Shown here piece by piece: positions 25,046 through 36,181 of a stretch of DNA of 64,000 nucleotides. Position 1 is the stretch's first letter. Each line of letters begins with the position of its first letter. Under the pieces are notes generated by a model that had not been told where the DNA came from, searched no databases, and saw only the letters and a list, made by a program, of their open reading frames with translations. The stretch comes from Tricharina praecox (Eukaryota), in the NCBI RefSeq assembly GCF_024521635.1, contig NW_026250424.1:186001-250000 (forward strand). Direction: 5' to 3'. The position numbers and the translations under genes are program-made.

Positions 25046-26677
25046 GGTGGGTAGGCTGCTAGGCGGGCGGGCTGGATGGGTTTGTTGTTGTCTTTCGTGA
25101 GATACCCTCTGTGATAGTATAGGTGGTAGGTAAAGCTTCGAGGGGAGAAGGGAGGGGGAATGCTGGATTTTATGTACATACATACGATAACCAAAACTTT
25201 ATCACGCGTGACCTGCCACCTATGTACATACTTAACCTACATAAGTACACATTCCACTAAGAACCACTTGTCGATGTGCCATGTCATGTGAAAGAACCAA
25301 CGATCCTCCTTAGTTAGTTGCCGAGGCACTCGGAGATGGACGGTGGACGGTGTGGTCGCGGATTGTACACATCGCAGTTACAGTCTGCACAGAATTACAG
25401 ATATCCTCCCGTTGAAGATCGGACGTTCATATCGGCTGTCTGCAGAGTCGTCAGTGCCCGTACGGTTTTGAGTTTTGAGTTCGGGGACGGCGGCGGTGAT
25501 GGTAGTGGGCCGAGTGATGGGAGACCGAGTGATGGGATGTGCCTCGTGCTTCGTGCCGCAGCGGCTTCACGCCGACTACCTACCGGTAGGTACTAGGGCC
25601 TAGACACCGACTGGCTACCGCCCATGTGTGTGCGTGTGTTCCTCCGCAGAGTCCCAGGGGCCAGCATGGGGTAGATACCGTACCGTAGCTATGTTACGCT
25701 GCCGGCTGGGGACCTGGGGTAGGGCGGGCCGCGGGAGACGGCATGGTGAGGAGTGAGGAGTGAGGAGTGCGTTTGTGAAAAAGCGGCGCCACTGTGAGTC
25801 TGGTGGGATGGATGGATGGATGGTTGCCGTTGACGCGCGGGGCCAGGGGAAACGGGTGGGCTCGGGGCTCAGGGCTGGGCTGGGCTCGGGACGCTGCGCA
25901 TGCCAGGTAGGTATATTTCGTGCACCGCTAGCCCCTGGGGATTGGGGCGGCGGATGTGGGTTGGTTTTGCTATATATCGTATTGACTGAGTAGTGTGTAC
26001 TACCGTAGGCCTGTGGCCCGGCCCGTGCTACATGGCTGCATAGGTATTCGGGATATGTGTGCTTAGAATCTTTGCTTGGAATCAGCGCTCAGATGTGGAG
26101 AGCGAAATCAGCATCTGTCTGCCGAGTCGGTGGGGATCCGTCACTGAGCGTCTCTAGCTGCGTTTCCGCTGGAAGCTGCCGATTCCGTGAGTGCTACCAA
26201 GTGATCGGAGTGTTATTTAAGTTAAGCTTCGACAACCGATGCGCGCGTGATGGAGCATCCAGGCCTAGCTACCTACTCCAAAAGTTACACCGAGTTGTTG
26301 TTTCCTCAGGCTGAAGCACGGGGTGGTGAATCTAGACTCTCGACTCTGCGGAGGAGGATCAGGAGGATCACGAGGACTATAATTTGGCATAGTATTTGGC
26401 ATAGTATTTTGCGGAGGGAGGTAGTGGTACGTAGATAATGTGCCTGTGTACTGCGACCACGATTGCCAGCACGACTCGACTCGACGCGTCAAACGGGAGC
26501 ACAGGTTCACAAGTTCCAAGTCACAACACGAGTATCATAGTACTATCTGCGGAGCGAGTCGAGTCGAGTCATAAACATTATCTGCATCTCCATCCATCAC
26601 ATCCGCGCCAAACCAACGAAAAAAGTTCACAAGCCAAAGAAACGCCATCATTCCAAAACCAGTCTTCTCTCCCCGCC

Positions 26678-27301
26678 CTACCGATCATAGTTCAGCACGT
26701 CGCCGAGGACCCACAGCTGCCCATTCGCGACATCATCCTTGACCTGGAGCACCTCTATGCCATCGGGCATGACCCTCTTCCTCCCGCTCGCGTCCTTTTC
26801 CCACCAGACCTCCACTCCCTCTAGGGTCCTAACCTTCACCCCCTCCTTCCACGGCGCCGTGCCCACGCAATGCGCCTCCACGAAGCGTCTTAGATTCCTC
26901 GTCGCGCGGTCCTCGCCCATGATCCCGGCGAAGAGGTCCGCGGCGGCACCAGCTGCACCGCTGTCGTCAGGCTCCTCCCATGGCTTCCGCGGCAGCCGAG
27001 AGATCGCGGTGTTGGACGGCGCGAGAACAGTCGTGTTCTCGTTGCGGTTCTGGAGTAGCTCAGAGATCGACTCGATGGACCGCGTGAAGCCCGAGAATAT
27101 GCTGATCTGCTTGTCGAGTGGGAGGATGTCGCCGAGTAACGGGGGCCCGGAGGGCTTGTCGGACATTAGGGCCATGTTGTCGTTGTTGTTGGAGGAGGTG
27201 GCGAGGAGCTGTTGTGCTTGGGGTGGTTGCGGTTGGGGGTAAGAGTGGAAACCGCTGCTGAGCGTCGTGAAAGTGAGCAGGAGGAGCAGCGCGGGGTTCA
27301 T
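26678..27301 (-). CDS. Secreted FAS1 (fasciclin) domain protein, intronless
   Basis: Signal peptide MNPALLLLLTFTTLSSG; H1 motif TTVLAPSNTAI, LPRKPWE, NLRRFVEAH; H2 motif VANGQLWVLGDVL. Confidence 0.85.
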   Translation of the reverse strand: MNPALLLLLTFTTLSSGFHSYPQPQPPQAQQLLATSSNNNDNMALMSDKPSGPPLLGDILPLDKQISIFSGFTRSIESISELLQNRNENTTVLAPSNTAISRLPRKPWEEPDDSGAAGAAADLFAGIMGEDRATRNLRRFVEAHCVGTAPWKEGVKVRTLEGVEVWWEKDASGRKRVMPDGIEVLQVKDDVANGQLWVLGDVLNYDR

Positions 27302-28983
27302 GGTGTACAGTAAGTGGAGGTGTGTTGGCAGGTTGGCAGGGCACGTTGGCTATACTATGGGTTGTTTGGTGGTTGGTGGTTGGGTAAGGATGGGCGGGCG
27401 TCATCAAGCGAGCTTCGTTCCTTTTCCTTGCTCTATGGAAGCTAGCTGAGCTGTGCTGCGCTGCTGATAACGCTCAAGCAAGCCAAGCCTTAAGGTCAGC
27501 TGCCCCGGAAGCATCGATACTCACTCACCTTGACGAGAAAACCGAAACAGTTTCTGCGGTTTTATGGGCTCGAAATGTCAATAGAGGTAGCGTGCTACAG
27601 TTTTGCGTGGTAGACTGGATTCCGGCGCTTGATAGCCTCAACCTCCCCATAGACCAAGGCTGAACATCTGAAGAATCTCCAAGGAGTCAAGGACTAGATC
27701 CGAGCATGAGAGCTTGTACACTGTACAATAGCGCCTCTAGTTCTCCGAGATGACGTTAACGTTGTTTGCAGATGGAGCGGTGTATCAGACTCGCGCTGTT
27801 CCGGATGCTCCATAAGTCAAGTCACGATCTGTCTCGAGCTGTTTGACCGGTATCTCAACCGGGGATATAGACGACTCCGAAGCCACACCCCTGCTCACGG
27901 AAGCCAACATCTTGGATGGAAGTAAGAGCGTTCGGGAAAGCCGACTAGGAATTCGGAGCGGCGCATCTCCACGCATGTGCATCTGTTATCTAGTACATAC
28001 CATCAACAAAGCTTCGAATATTCCTCCATCCTGCGGAATGCACGGCCTCCTCACATCACATCACTTGGCTGCGTTCGGCAACGCTGCAATCCTATGTTCT
28101 AAGGAGTGGGCACTGAGGGCTAAATGGAAGTGAAGGGGATGGTAATTTGTCTCAGCGGCGAGGGAATTTTCTGGTCGTTTCCGGGCCATTCCTGCTGCCT
28201 GAATGTGTGAATAGTTGGAACGTTCAGATACTTTGGCGGAATTTGCGGAGTCTTGATAACCCCATAGGTATCAGAAGAACGTGAGAGTTATCGTCGATGA
28301 TGCGGCGGATACTTGACTGCGGGATAGGTGGATGTTGTCCATTAGCTTTTCTGTGCCGATGTGAGCGAATCTTTATCCTTCATCTTCACAGGCCAATCGA
28401 AGAAAGCTGTGTTCCGATATCGGCCAGCGGATAATCCCATAGTGCCTGGTGAATCTTCCATCCGCCTCACGAACCACTATGTATATATCATAACTAAACG
28501 CCCAGCATTTATATTCCAACGACTCTCCCAATTCACACATAGAACCTGCCTCAAACGTATCGCCCTTCATCCGCCCTTTCCTCCTTCCTCCTTCCCCCTG
28601 CCCTTCCCATTCACATTCACGAGCTTCCGCGCTCCCAAAAAAACACATGATACCGTGATTTCAATGTCCGAGGCTTTCCACGTGCTACCAAGCTTCCACT
28701 CGAGAGCTAGCTAACCAGCGACACGCCGACACCTCCTCCATTCAGTGCTCTATACCTATACACACCTCACACGGGAATGCCGATGACCCTTGCAACCTAG
28801 CCAGCCTTGGGATGTACTCTGGGTAGACCCCGCAGTTGCGACTGTGCAGTGGGGCTTGATTGGGGAGGGGGATAGGTACACAGACTTTCACATCTGAAAT
28901 CGCAACGTCCCATAGGCAGGTAGGTGCAGTGTCACATTCCCGCAGGGCGGGCGGGGAATAGAGGAGTCGGTATGTAGAGTACC

Positions 28984-28990
28984 TATAAAG
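28984..28990 (+). promoter_or_regulatory. Putative TATA box of lipocalin-like gene
   Basis: TATAAAG ~200 nt upstream of ATG 29188, followed by a CA-rich leader. Confidence 0.5.
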
Positions 28991-29187
28991 CTGCGCGGCG
29001 CTCCCACCGTTGCCAGCTTCAGTTTCAGCTCAGCTCCACATCACACCGCATCACACAGCACCAGCGAAACGAACCGCAGCGAAACGAAAGACGCACCAAA
29101 CGAACGAACGAACGACCGCGACAGAACACCCACCACCACCACACACCACCACCTCCACAGCCACAGCCACAACAGCAACTACACAGC

Positions 29188-29821
29188 ATGGCCGCCCCCG
29201 CCCCCATGACCACGCTCGACATCTCGGGCCGCTGGACCATGAACAAGACGCTATCCGACGACACGACGGACGTGTTGACGCACGTGCGTTTCTCCACCCC
29301 CCCTCCCCCGCCTCCCTCCCCCTCCCCGCACAGTTCATGCTAACCCGTCCCAGCAAGGAATCGGCTGGGTAACCCGCAACGCGATCTACTACGCGACGAT
29401 CACGCTCGACATAAATCACTACAAGGACTCCACGGGGGTTGAGCACATCGACATCAAGCAGACGTTGACGGGCGGGGTTGGTGGGACCACGGAGCTGCGA
29501 ACACTAGACTGGGTCGAGCGCGGGCACCGCGACCACCTATTCGGCTCCGTCGTGGGGCAGTCGCGGCGGGTGGCGGAGCTGTCGTCGATCGAAGACGAGT
29601 TCCTGGCTAAGGACTGGGATGCAGAGGGCGTAAAGGACGGCGTTGTGGAGAGCTACGTTGTTAATGAGGAGAAGGGGTGGAGCGCGAGGCAAGTCTGGGG
29701 GTTTGAAATGGTCAAGGGCGAGAAGAGGTACACGAGGCATCTCAGGTTCCAGCTGGATGATGTCGTGCTGCTGAAGAAGATGGTCTATGACTATGTGGGA
29801 CCCGTGCCGGCTGCTGCTTAG
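29188..29821 (+). CDS. Fungal calycin/lipocalin-like beta-barrel protein (often labelled LCCL-domain or PydY-like); exons 29188-29283, 29354-29821
   Basis: DISGRWTMNKTLSD (GxW lipocalin motif), QGIGWVTR, TTELRTLDW, HLFG, QVWGFEMVKGEKRYTR, VYDY; intron GTGCGT..GCTAAC..CAG. Confidence 0.8.
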
Positions 29822-30657
29822 GCGCGGCTGGGGAGTGTAATGATAGTACCTGCTTCTGGTTGATGGAGAGTTGAGAAGTGGTTTCTGTGTGTAGACTGGA
29901 ATACATCCTATGATACCTACTGACGAGCTGTGTGAATGGCTGGTCGAGGATAGATACGTGAACTCAACCCTCGACCGCCACTCCGAGCGGGCCGAATGGC
30001 ACCTCACCATCACAACCCATTCACTCCGCCCGATCACACTTAGTACCGTACTCCTAGCACGCAAGCTCGTGATTCCAGTCTCAAGATTCCAATCTCTCGA
30101 GCATACGCCAGGAAAAAAAACAGTAATAATAAGTATTTCAGTGGTACTGTTGGCAGCAGTAGCATAAGTGCAATAAACAGGAAGATCTCATCGAGGTCAT
30201 ACAACAACTAAGTAAATAAAAACGGAGACGCCAGATCCACCATGTAAAAAAGACTTGCAGTTGCACAAACAAATACCTACGGGGACAAACTCGGGGAAAC
30301 GAAAACGGAAAGACGGAGGGAAGGAAGGAAGGAAGGAAGCTCTAACAGCACAGCACAGATGAGACAAGACAAGACAAGACAAGAAGACGGACGCATCTAC
30401 CGTTTCAACGCGCAAAAAGATGGACGGAAAGAAATAAAGTGGAGACAACAACCCCATGTGGAAGAAAAACAATCCATCGTTGAGTCGAAAGTACATAACT
30501 TGTTTGGGTAGTGCTAGGTAGTCAGGTAAAGCAGTCCGGACTCAAGCATGGATGGATGGACATGGTGTAGAAGGAGAGAAGAAAAAAAGGTAAGACTGAA
30601 TCGCTACGGATCAGGAACAAGCCACTCGATTATATGCCTGCAACTCGGAGAAAAGAA

Positions 30658-33600
30658 CTAAACCGGCGAGATGAACACGCGAAACCTCTCCATCTCCCAA
30701 AGGTCGACACCGCCCGAAAAGACACCGTTGGTGCCATTCTTTTGAGGCGCCTGCGTGACGGCCGTGACCTCGATGGTGTTGACGACGCCAGGGCTGAGGC
30801 GGATGTTGTACACGGGCTCGTTCTTGGCCTGCTGGTTGACCTGCTGCAGGAGCTTGGTCATCTGCATGTTGTTGGACCAGTGAGCAACGCGGACAATGTA
30901 CTGCTCGCGGCTGGTCAAGGTCGCGGCCAGCGTGGGTACGATCGTCACCGTGTCTAGGTCGGCGGACAGATGGATGTAGTACTGCGCAGTGACCTTGCGG
31001 TCATCTGGTTCGAGGTCAATGGAGTATGGCTCCACGGCAATGTTCATCGACGACATCGCTGCGATGTGGAGCTTGGATATCAACGCATCTGATTTGTCTA
31101 CAAGAAATATGTCAGCCTTCGTTCTTCACAATTTCTCAAGTGGTATAAAAACCTTTCCCTTCGGATCGGACAGTTGGCTCCTTGTGCTGATAGGGGATCG
31201 CAATCTGGGGTGCAATTTGGGGCGCCGAAGTCGGTCCAGCAACCGACGCAGATCTCATTACAGGGCCATGGGGTGCGGGTGAATAGCTTGACGGCCTAGG
31301 AGTCGAGTTCATGCGCTGCATGGGAGGAGGAGGCATGTGGGCCGGGGGAGACATCGCTGACTGGGAGTGTGGTGTCGCTGACCTACGGCCCATGACCGAG
31401 CCAGGCGGGGGGCTACCCGAACCATTGCTTCTGATCGAGTTCATGCGAGCTCGTGGCGGCGGGGCAGGCACCGGAAGCGCATGCACGACTGAAGCAGGCA
31501 GGGACGCACGAGGAGGAGGGGGAGGTGGCTGGTGGTTGTGCACAATGCGCGGGGGCGAACTCGGAGGAGCCGGCTGAGGAATTGAGGCCTCGACTCTCTG
31601 TGGAACTGGCACTGGCTTCTGCACAACGGGAATGTTCTGTGGCGGCGGTCGAGGGACAACGGAATCACCATTGGCGACAGGCTGTTTGATAGGTTCTGGA
31701 ATCGGTGTAGGCTTCGGTGCAGGCGGCGCAGGCTTCGGTACAGATGGCGCAATCTTCGGAGCAGGCGGAGTGACCACCTGTGCAGGCGGAGCGGCCACCG
31801 GAGCAGGTTCGGCCACCGGGGTAGGCGGAGGCGGAGGTTGCTGCTTGCCGACATTGAGTTTGATTTTCGGAAGTGGAGACTGCTCGGCTGGTGGGTTCAC
31901 TTGCTGTCCCTTCGGTAGGCTCAATCGTAATTTAATGCCAGAAGGAGGAGGGGGAGGAGGGGTTGGCGGTGGTGGTGGTGGCGGTGATGGTTCAGTGAAA
32001 TTGGCCTTCTCCTCAGCCAGCCGCTCCACAAAATATTCCTGGAGGTACTATTAGCATCTCATCAGGCAATCCAACCAAACGGAGGGCCAACCAACCTCCA
32101 GTTCGCGCGCGTCCTTAACAACATCACTCCCCACAGGGTTGTATTGTAGAGCATTCTTCTTGATGAGGAAGACATCCTCTTCAAACTCGGCCCACTGTGG
32201 GTATTTGCCATCTTTGACTCGCTTCTGGATCTGGCCGAGCGAGATCGGCCGCTTGATGAGACGGAAGTAGTCACCGTAAGTTTTCTTACTTGGTAGGTTC
32301 TTGAAGTACATTGAGACGACTCGACTGTATATATACGTTAGTTATGGGCAACTTGGAAAGTTGTGTTGCCGGTGACAGCGACCACGACCGGAGACACCGG
32401 TGCGGGAATCCCTCTCCTTGGTTCCCTCCAGTGCCAACCGGTCAGGATGCACATACCCATCTGCGCCCTTCAAATTCATCATGTCTTCCACCAGCTTGCT
32501 CATTACTTGCTTCGAAGCCTTTGTAGCAATGGTACGAGCCGGAGTCGCGGTCGGCTTCACAAGCGGCTTCGCGGCTGGCTTCGAAGTCGGCTTCAGAGTC
32601 TGCTGAGGCTGTTGGGGCTGTTCGGGCTGTGCCGCCGTAACTGCTCCTCCTCCCGTGGCGGCATCGGTTGGACCCTCGTAATTCTCCGTCACCTTTCGCA
32701 GTCGCAATGCGTCGCTATGAACTTGGCTCTTTGACTTGTTGTATTTGACAGCATTGTCGCACATGAGAAACAAGTCTCGTTTGACAGCACCGACATTTGC
32801 ATACTCGCCGGCGTCGAGCTTGGTCTGAATGGAGCACCGAATGTAAGCACGCTTTCACACCACAGTAGCGGTCCGTCTCTGACCGTCGAGCCGCAAAATG
32901 GTAGTGATTACTGACCCGTATCTCCTCCAAGGAGATTGGACTGGCAATTTTCTCGTAGTAGTCCGGATATATGTCCTGTTCGAGACCCTATCAATACTGC
33001 GCCCAATTCTCCATCTTTTGTTGCCCGCCGATCGAACGTGAGGGGCCAGTCATCGTTCGTCGCTCGTCGCTCGCTGTGTACATACCTGGGGAGGCAAGAC
33101 TTGGAAGTGCTGCCGTATGTCGCGGTTCCTGGGAAATCGACGCGGTTAGCGGCGCTCAGGGAGAGAGAGAGCTCGCAATTCAGAGTTCCAAAACGCAAAG
33201 CAAAGCACAGCACAGGATCGTTCCCACCTCTCCTGGTAATTCCACACCGCCTCAAAGAGAGCGCGAGGATCGCCCGCCGCTTCGCTCTATCGCACGAACA
33301 CGCCAGACAGTCAGCTATCATTCGTTTCCGTTTCGTTTCGCGCCTGTCCCCGCTTATTCCTTTTCCCTTATTCGCGCTTCTTTTCTTTATACAGGTTGCG
33401 AGCTTGCTTGCTTGCTGCAGGCGGGACGCGACCAGTGCGGGTGTGCGTGCCTGGTTGAAGCTTTTGGGTCGTCGCGTTCATCGCCCCTACCAAGGAGCCG
33501 AACCAGGCACCATGGTATAGGTCTTCCTCTTCCTCTTCTCTTCGCTCGACAACACAACGCACACTCGCACCCGCCATCGCCGCCGCCCCCTCTGCTCGCT

Positions 33601-33715
33601 CCACTCCGTCAACCAAACACCACTCGCACGTACTCACCGACTGCTTCCTCCGCTTCCTCGCCCGATCGGCCTCGTCGACCGCCGGCGAACCCTGCGCGCC
33701 TCTCCGTCGATTCAT
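30658..33715 (-). CDS. Double-bromodomain RSC subunit (Rsc4-like); exons 33715-33638, 33286-33228, 33128-33086, 32975-32916, 32824-32457, 32324-32096, 32038-31153, 31097-30658
   Basis: Exon phases are consistent throughout. BD1: FQVLPPQDIYPDYYEKIASPISLEEI..LMCDNAVKYN. BD2: FKNLPSKKTYGDYFRLIKRPISL..NALQYN. Pro-rich linker and C-terminal beta-rich domain. Confidence 0.8.
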
Positions 33716-35621
33716 GGCCCACCCGGCCGGCGCGGAATGGAGTGAAAAATGTACGTGGACTGGAGTCGAAGGGGGAGGGTAATTTCCGAGGGGCTTTAAC
33801 GACGATGGACTTCGAGGGTCGAGAAGGATCAGAACACCACTGGAGCTATGCGGAATCCAATGCGATTTTCGAGAATTCTTCAGGTTGTCGGGGGATTCGA
33901 TTCCACTCTCTTGGTCGCGCTCGGCTGGTGTTGCGGCTTTGCTCTGAGCGATGAGCCAAGCCCACGTTCTTTGCAGTTCACACCTAGTCCAATTCGGGGC
34001 TGCAACGCTAGCGGCGATCTGCTGCGGTTAAATACGCGTTATCTTATCATATCTTGCGATCTCATCTCATCTGATTTGCTGGTTCCAAATTCAGGTCTTG
34101 GAACCTATATGTATCATGACGGAGGCTGCCACACAAGGATGCATTCACCCTCCTGGACTCGAATGTCAATTTCTCACCCACCTGACTCGGCCGTTTTCGT
34201 TCGCCTGTTTGTCTACAGCCTTTATTCTCTATTCCCTCTCCTTCTATCATTTACGAGGGGCAGTGTTTGCGATGCGGACCGGTAGCTCTCTCCGAAACCC
34301 CTTCAGCCTACTTCAATATATATATAATTTATACGACCTCGGTGCATGGCTGCAACCAACTCCAGCCGACGCGAAGGTTTGCGTCCAAAGGCTGGATCTT
34401 GGCCTCGTGAGAAATCTAGCAATCTGGAACGAGACTCTCAGCCTGAGATGGGAGTGTAGCCCGCAGAATGATGCTGTCCGCGTAATGCCTCCATCCGGCC
34501 ACTCTGACAGAGTGATGCACCAAGGAGGATGCTTGGAAGAAAGGCAGATAACCTAGCTCAAGGCGGAGGTGTTGGCTTAGCCGGCCAGTTATTCGCACTT
34601 TGAGGAGAACCCGTGACTATTCGCTGCTGAATAGGCGGAGGAACCGGCCACACAACTACCGGTATCGTCAATCCCACGCATGGCTGTACCTCAATAACCA
34701 GCAGTCTAACTAATAACTCCACAAACTTCGGGGGAATGCCAAAGAAATGTCTGGTGGTCCGGTGCATATAATACTGTACATAAAACCATCCTGTCACTTG
34801 CTTGGTGGTTTTGCCTGGGCACGGTGGCGATAGTTAAAGCTTGATCATTCATTCATATGTGTTTGAAGGACTCGTGGTGGAGATCACTGGAACGATCGAG
34901 ATGAGGAGAAGTGATGTGTTCTGGTCTAAGAGCTACAGCTACAAGAGAGAGAAAGAAGACTGAACCTCGACCCGCTACCGCACCAAATGTTCTAAGCACC
35001 CACCACCGGCCCTCCGAACGGCTAGTGGACTACTCGGAGGAAGACACTCGTTCCCACAATATCTATCTTTATCAATCGAGTTCTTGAAAGTGCTTGATAG
35101 GCTGCATACAAAATAAACTGAATATCTCTCGGAAGTGCTCTTCAGTGGATCTTAGGCTGTAGACTAGATGTCAAATACCTATCTCAACAGAGGTTTTCTC
35201 GACGTTATTTTCGGAGCTCAACCAGAGCCCATATAAGTCCACAGAACCCCCTCCTCTACTCTACCCTAGTTGACACCCTTATGTTTTCTTCACCCTTCCC
35301 GACGCCGAGGTCGTTCGTAGTTTCGTGGCCTTCAGCCGCCAAGCCCCCGCCTGTGTGGCGGCATAAGAGGCGCCAAGCCAATACCGATCTTTTTGGCTTG
35401 TGCAGATCTCGGGTATTCCAAAACCCAAACACCAAATCAACGTCCTCCCAGCCCCAAATCGCTACATCAGGAACCAACTCCCACGCTCGTTCACGAGACC
35501 GGTCGGAACCCCTTCCAAAGCAGTGCGCAATTCATCCATCGCAGCGGTGCCCCCCAACCGAGCTCGCTTCAATCATCTTTCGCCGAGCTAACTTTTTCCC
35601 TCATGATAGTCACCCCCGATC

Positions 35622-36149
35622 ATGGCGGATTCCGGGAGGAACCTGCAGTCCGGCACAGCTTCTTCTGCTGTGACGCTGGACGGCAATGGCGTTGCCATGG
35701 CGGCGACAAACTTTTTCGGCGACATGGAGTCCTTAGCAACTGCGGCGCATGCACAGGCTCAGCAGCAACCCGCGCCGTCGCCGGTAAACTATGGCCAGGC
35801 CGCCGCCACGCAACAGGGCATGGTGGATCCCATGTTCTACCTTAATGATCCGCAACAGCAACAGCAGCAACCGCAACAGCAGTTCTTTGCGCCACAGGGT
35901 TATGCGGCGCCCCCGCCACAGCAGGAGGCGATCTATCCGTCCGCGGACCAATTGAGGCATTCGTTGCAGCAGCAGTTGGGTGGCGGGGACTTTCAGCAGC
36001 TTATGGGGCAGATTGGGTATCAGGGCGCGTCTAGGGAGCAGGCTATGTTGGCTATGCAGCAACAGAGAATGATGGCAGCACAGTACCAGGTGTCGCAGCA
36101 GCAACAACCACAGCAGCAGCAATATCTCCAACAACAGCAACAACAACAA

Positions 36150-36181
<32 letters not shown>

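Noticed and set aside
25046..25183. N-terminal extension of GST kappa
   Set aside because: The ATG lies upstream of a TATA-like CATAAAA, and the extension does not resemble a presequence.
27780..28140. Protein-like fragment (DDSEATPLL)
   Set aside because: No convincing start, splice structure or family motif.
32971..33954. 327-aa plus-strand ORF
   Set aside because: Antisense to the Rsc4-like exons and introns; no domain features.
34960..34990. tRNA-like 3' end (..CCGCACCA); also GGTTCGA motifs ~17477 and ~57112
   Set aside because: No cloverleaf or A-box could be built around them.
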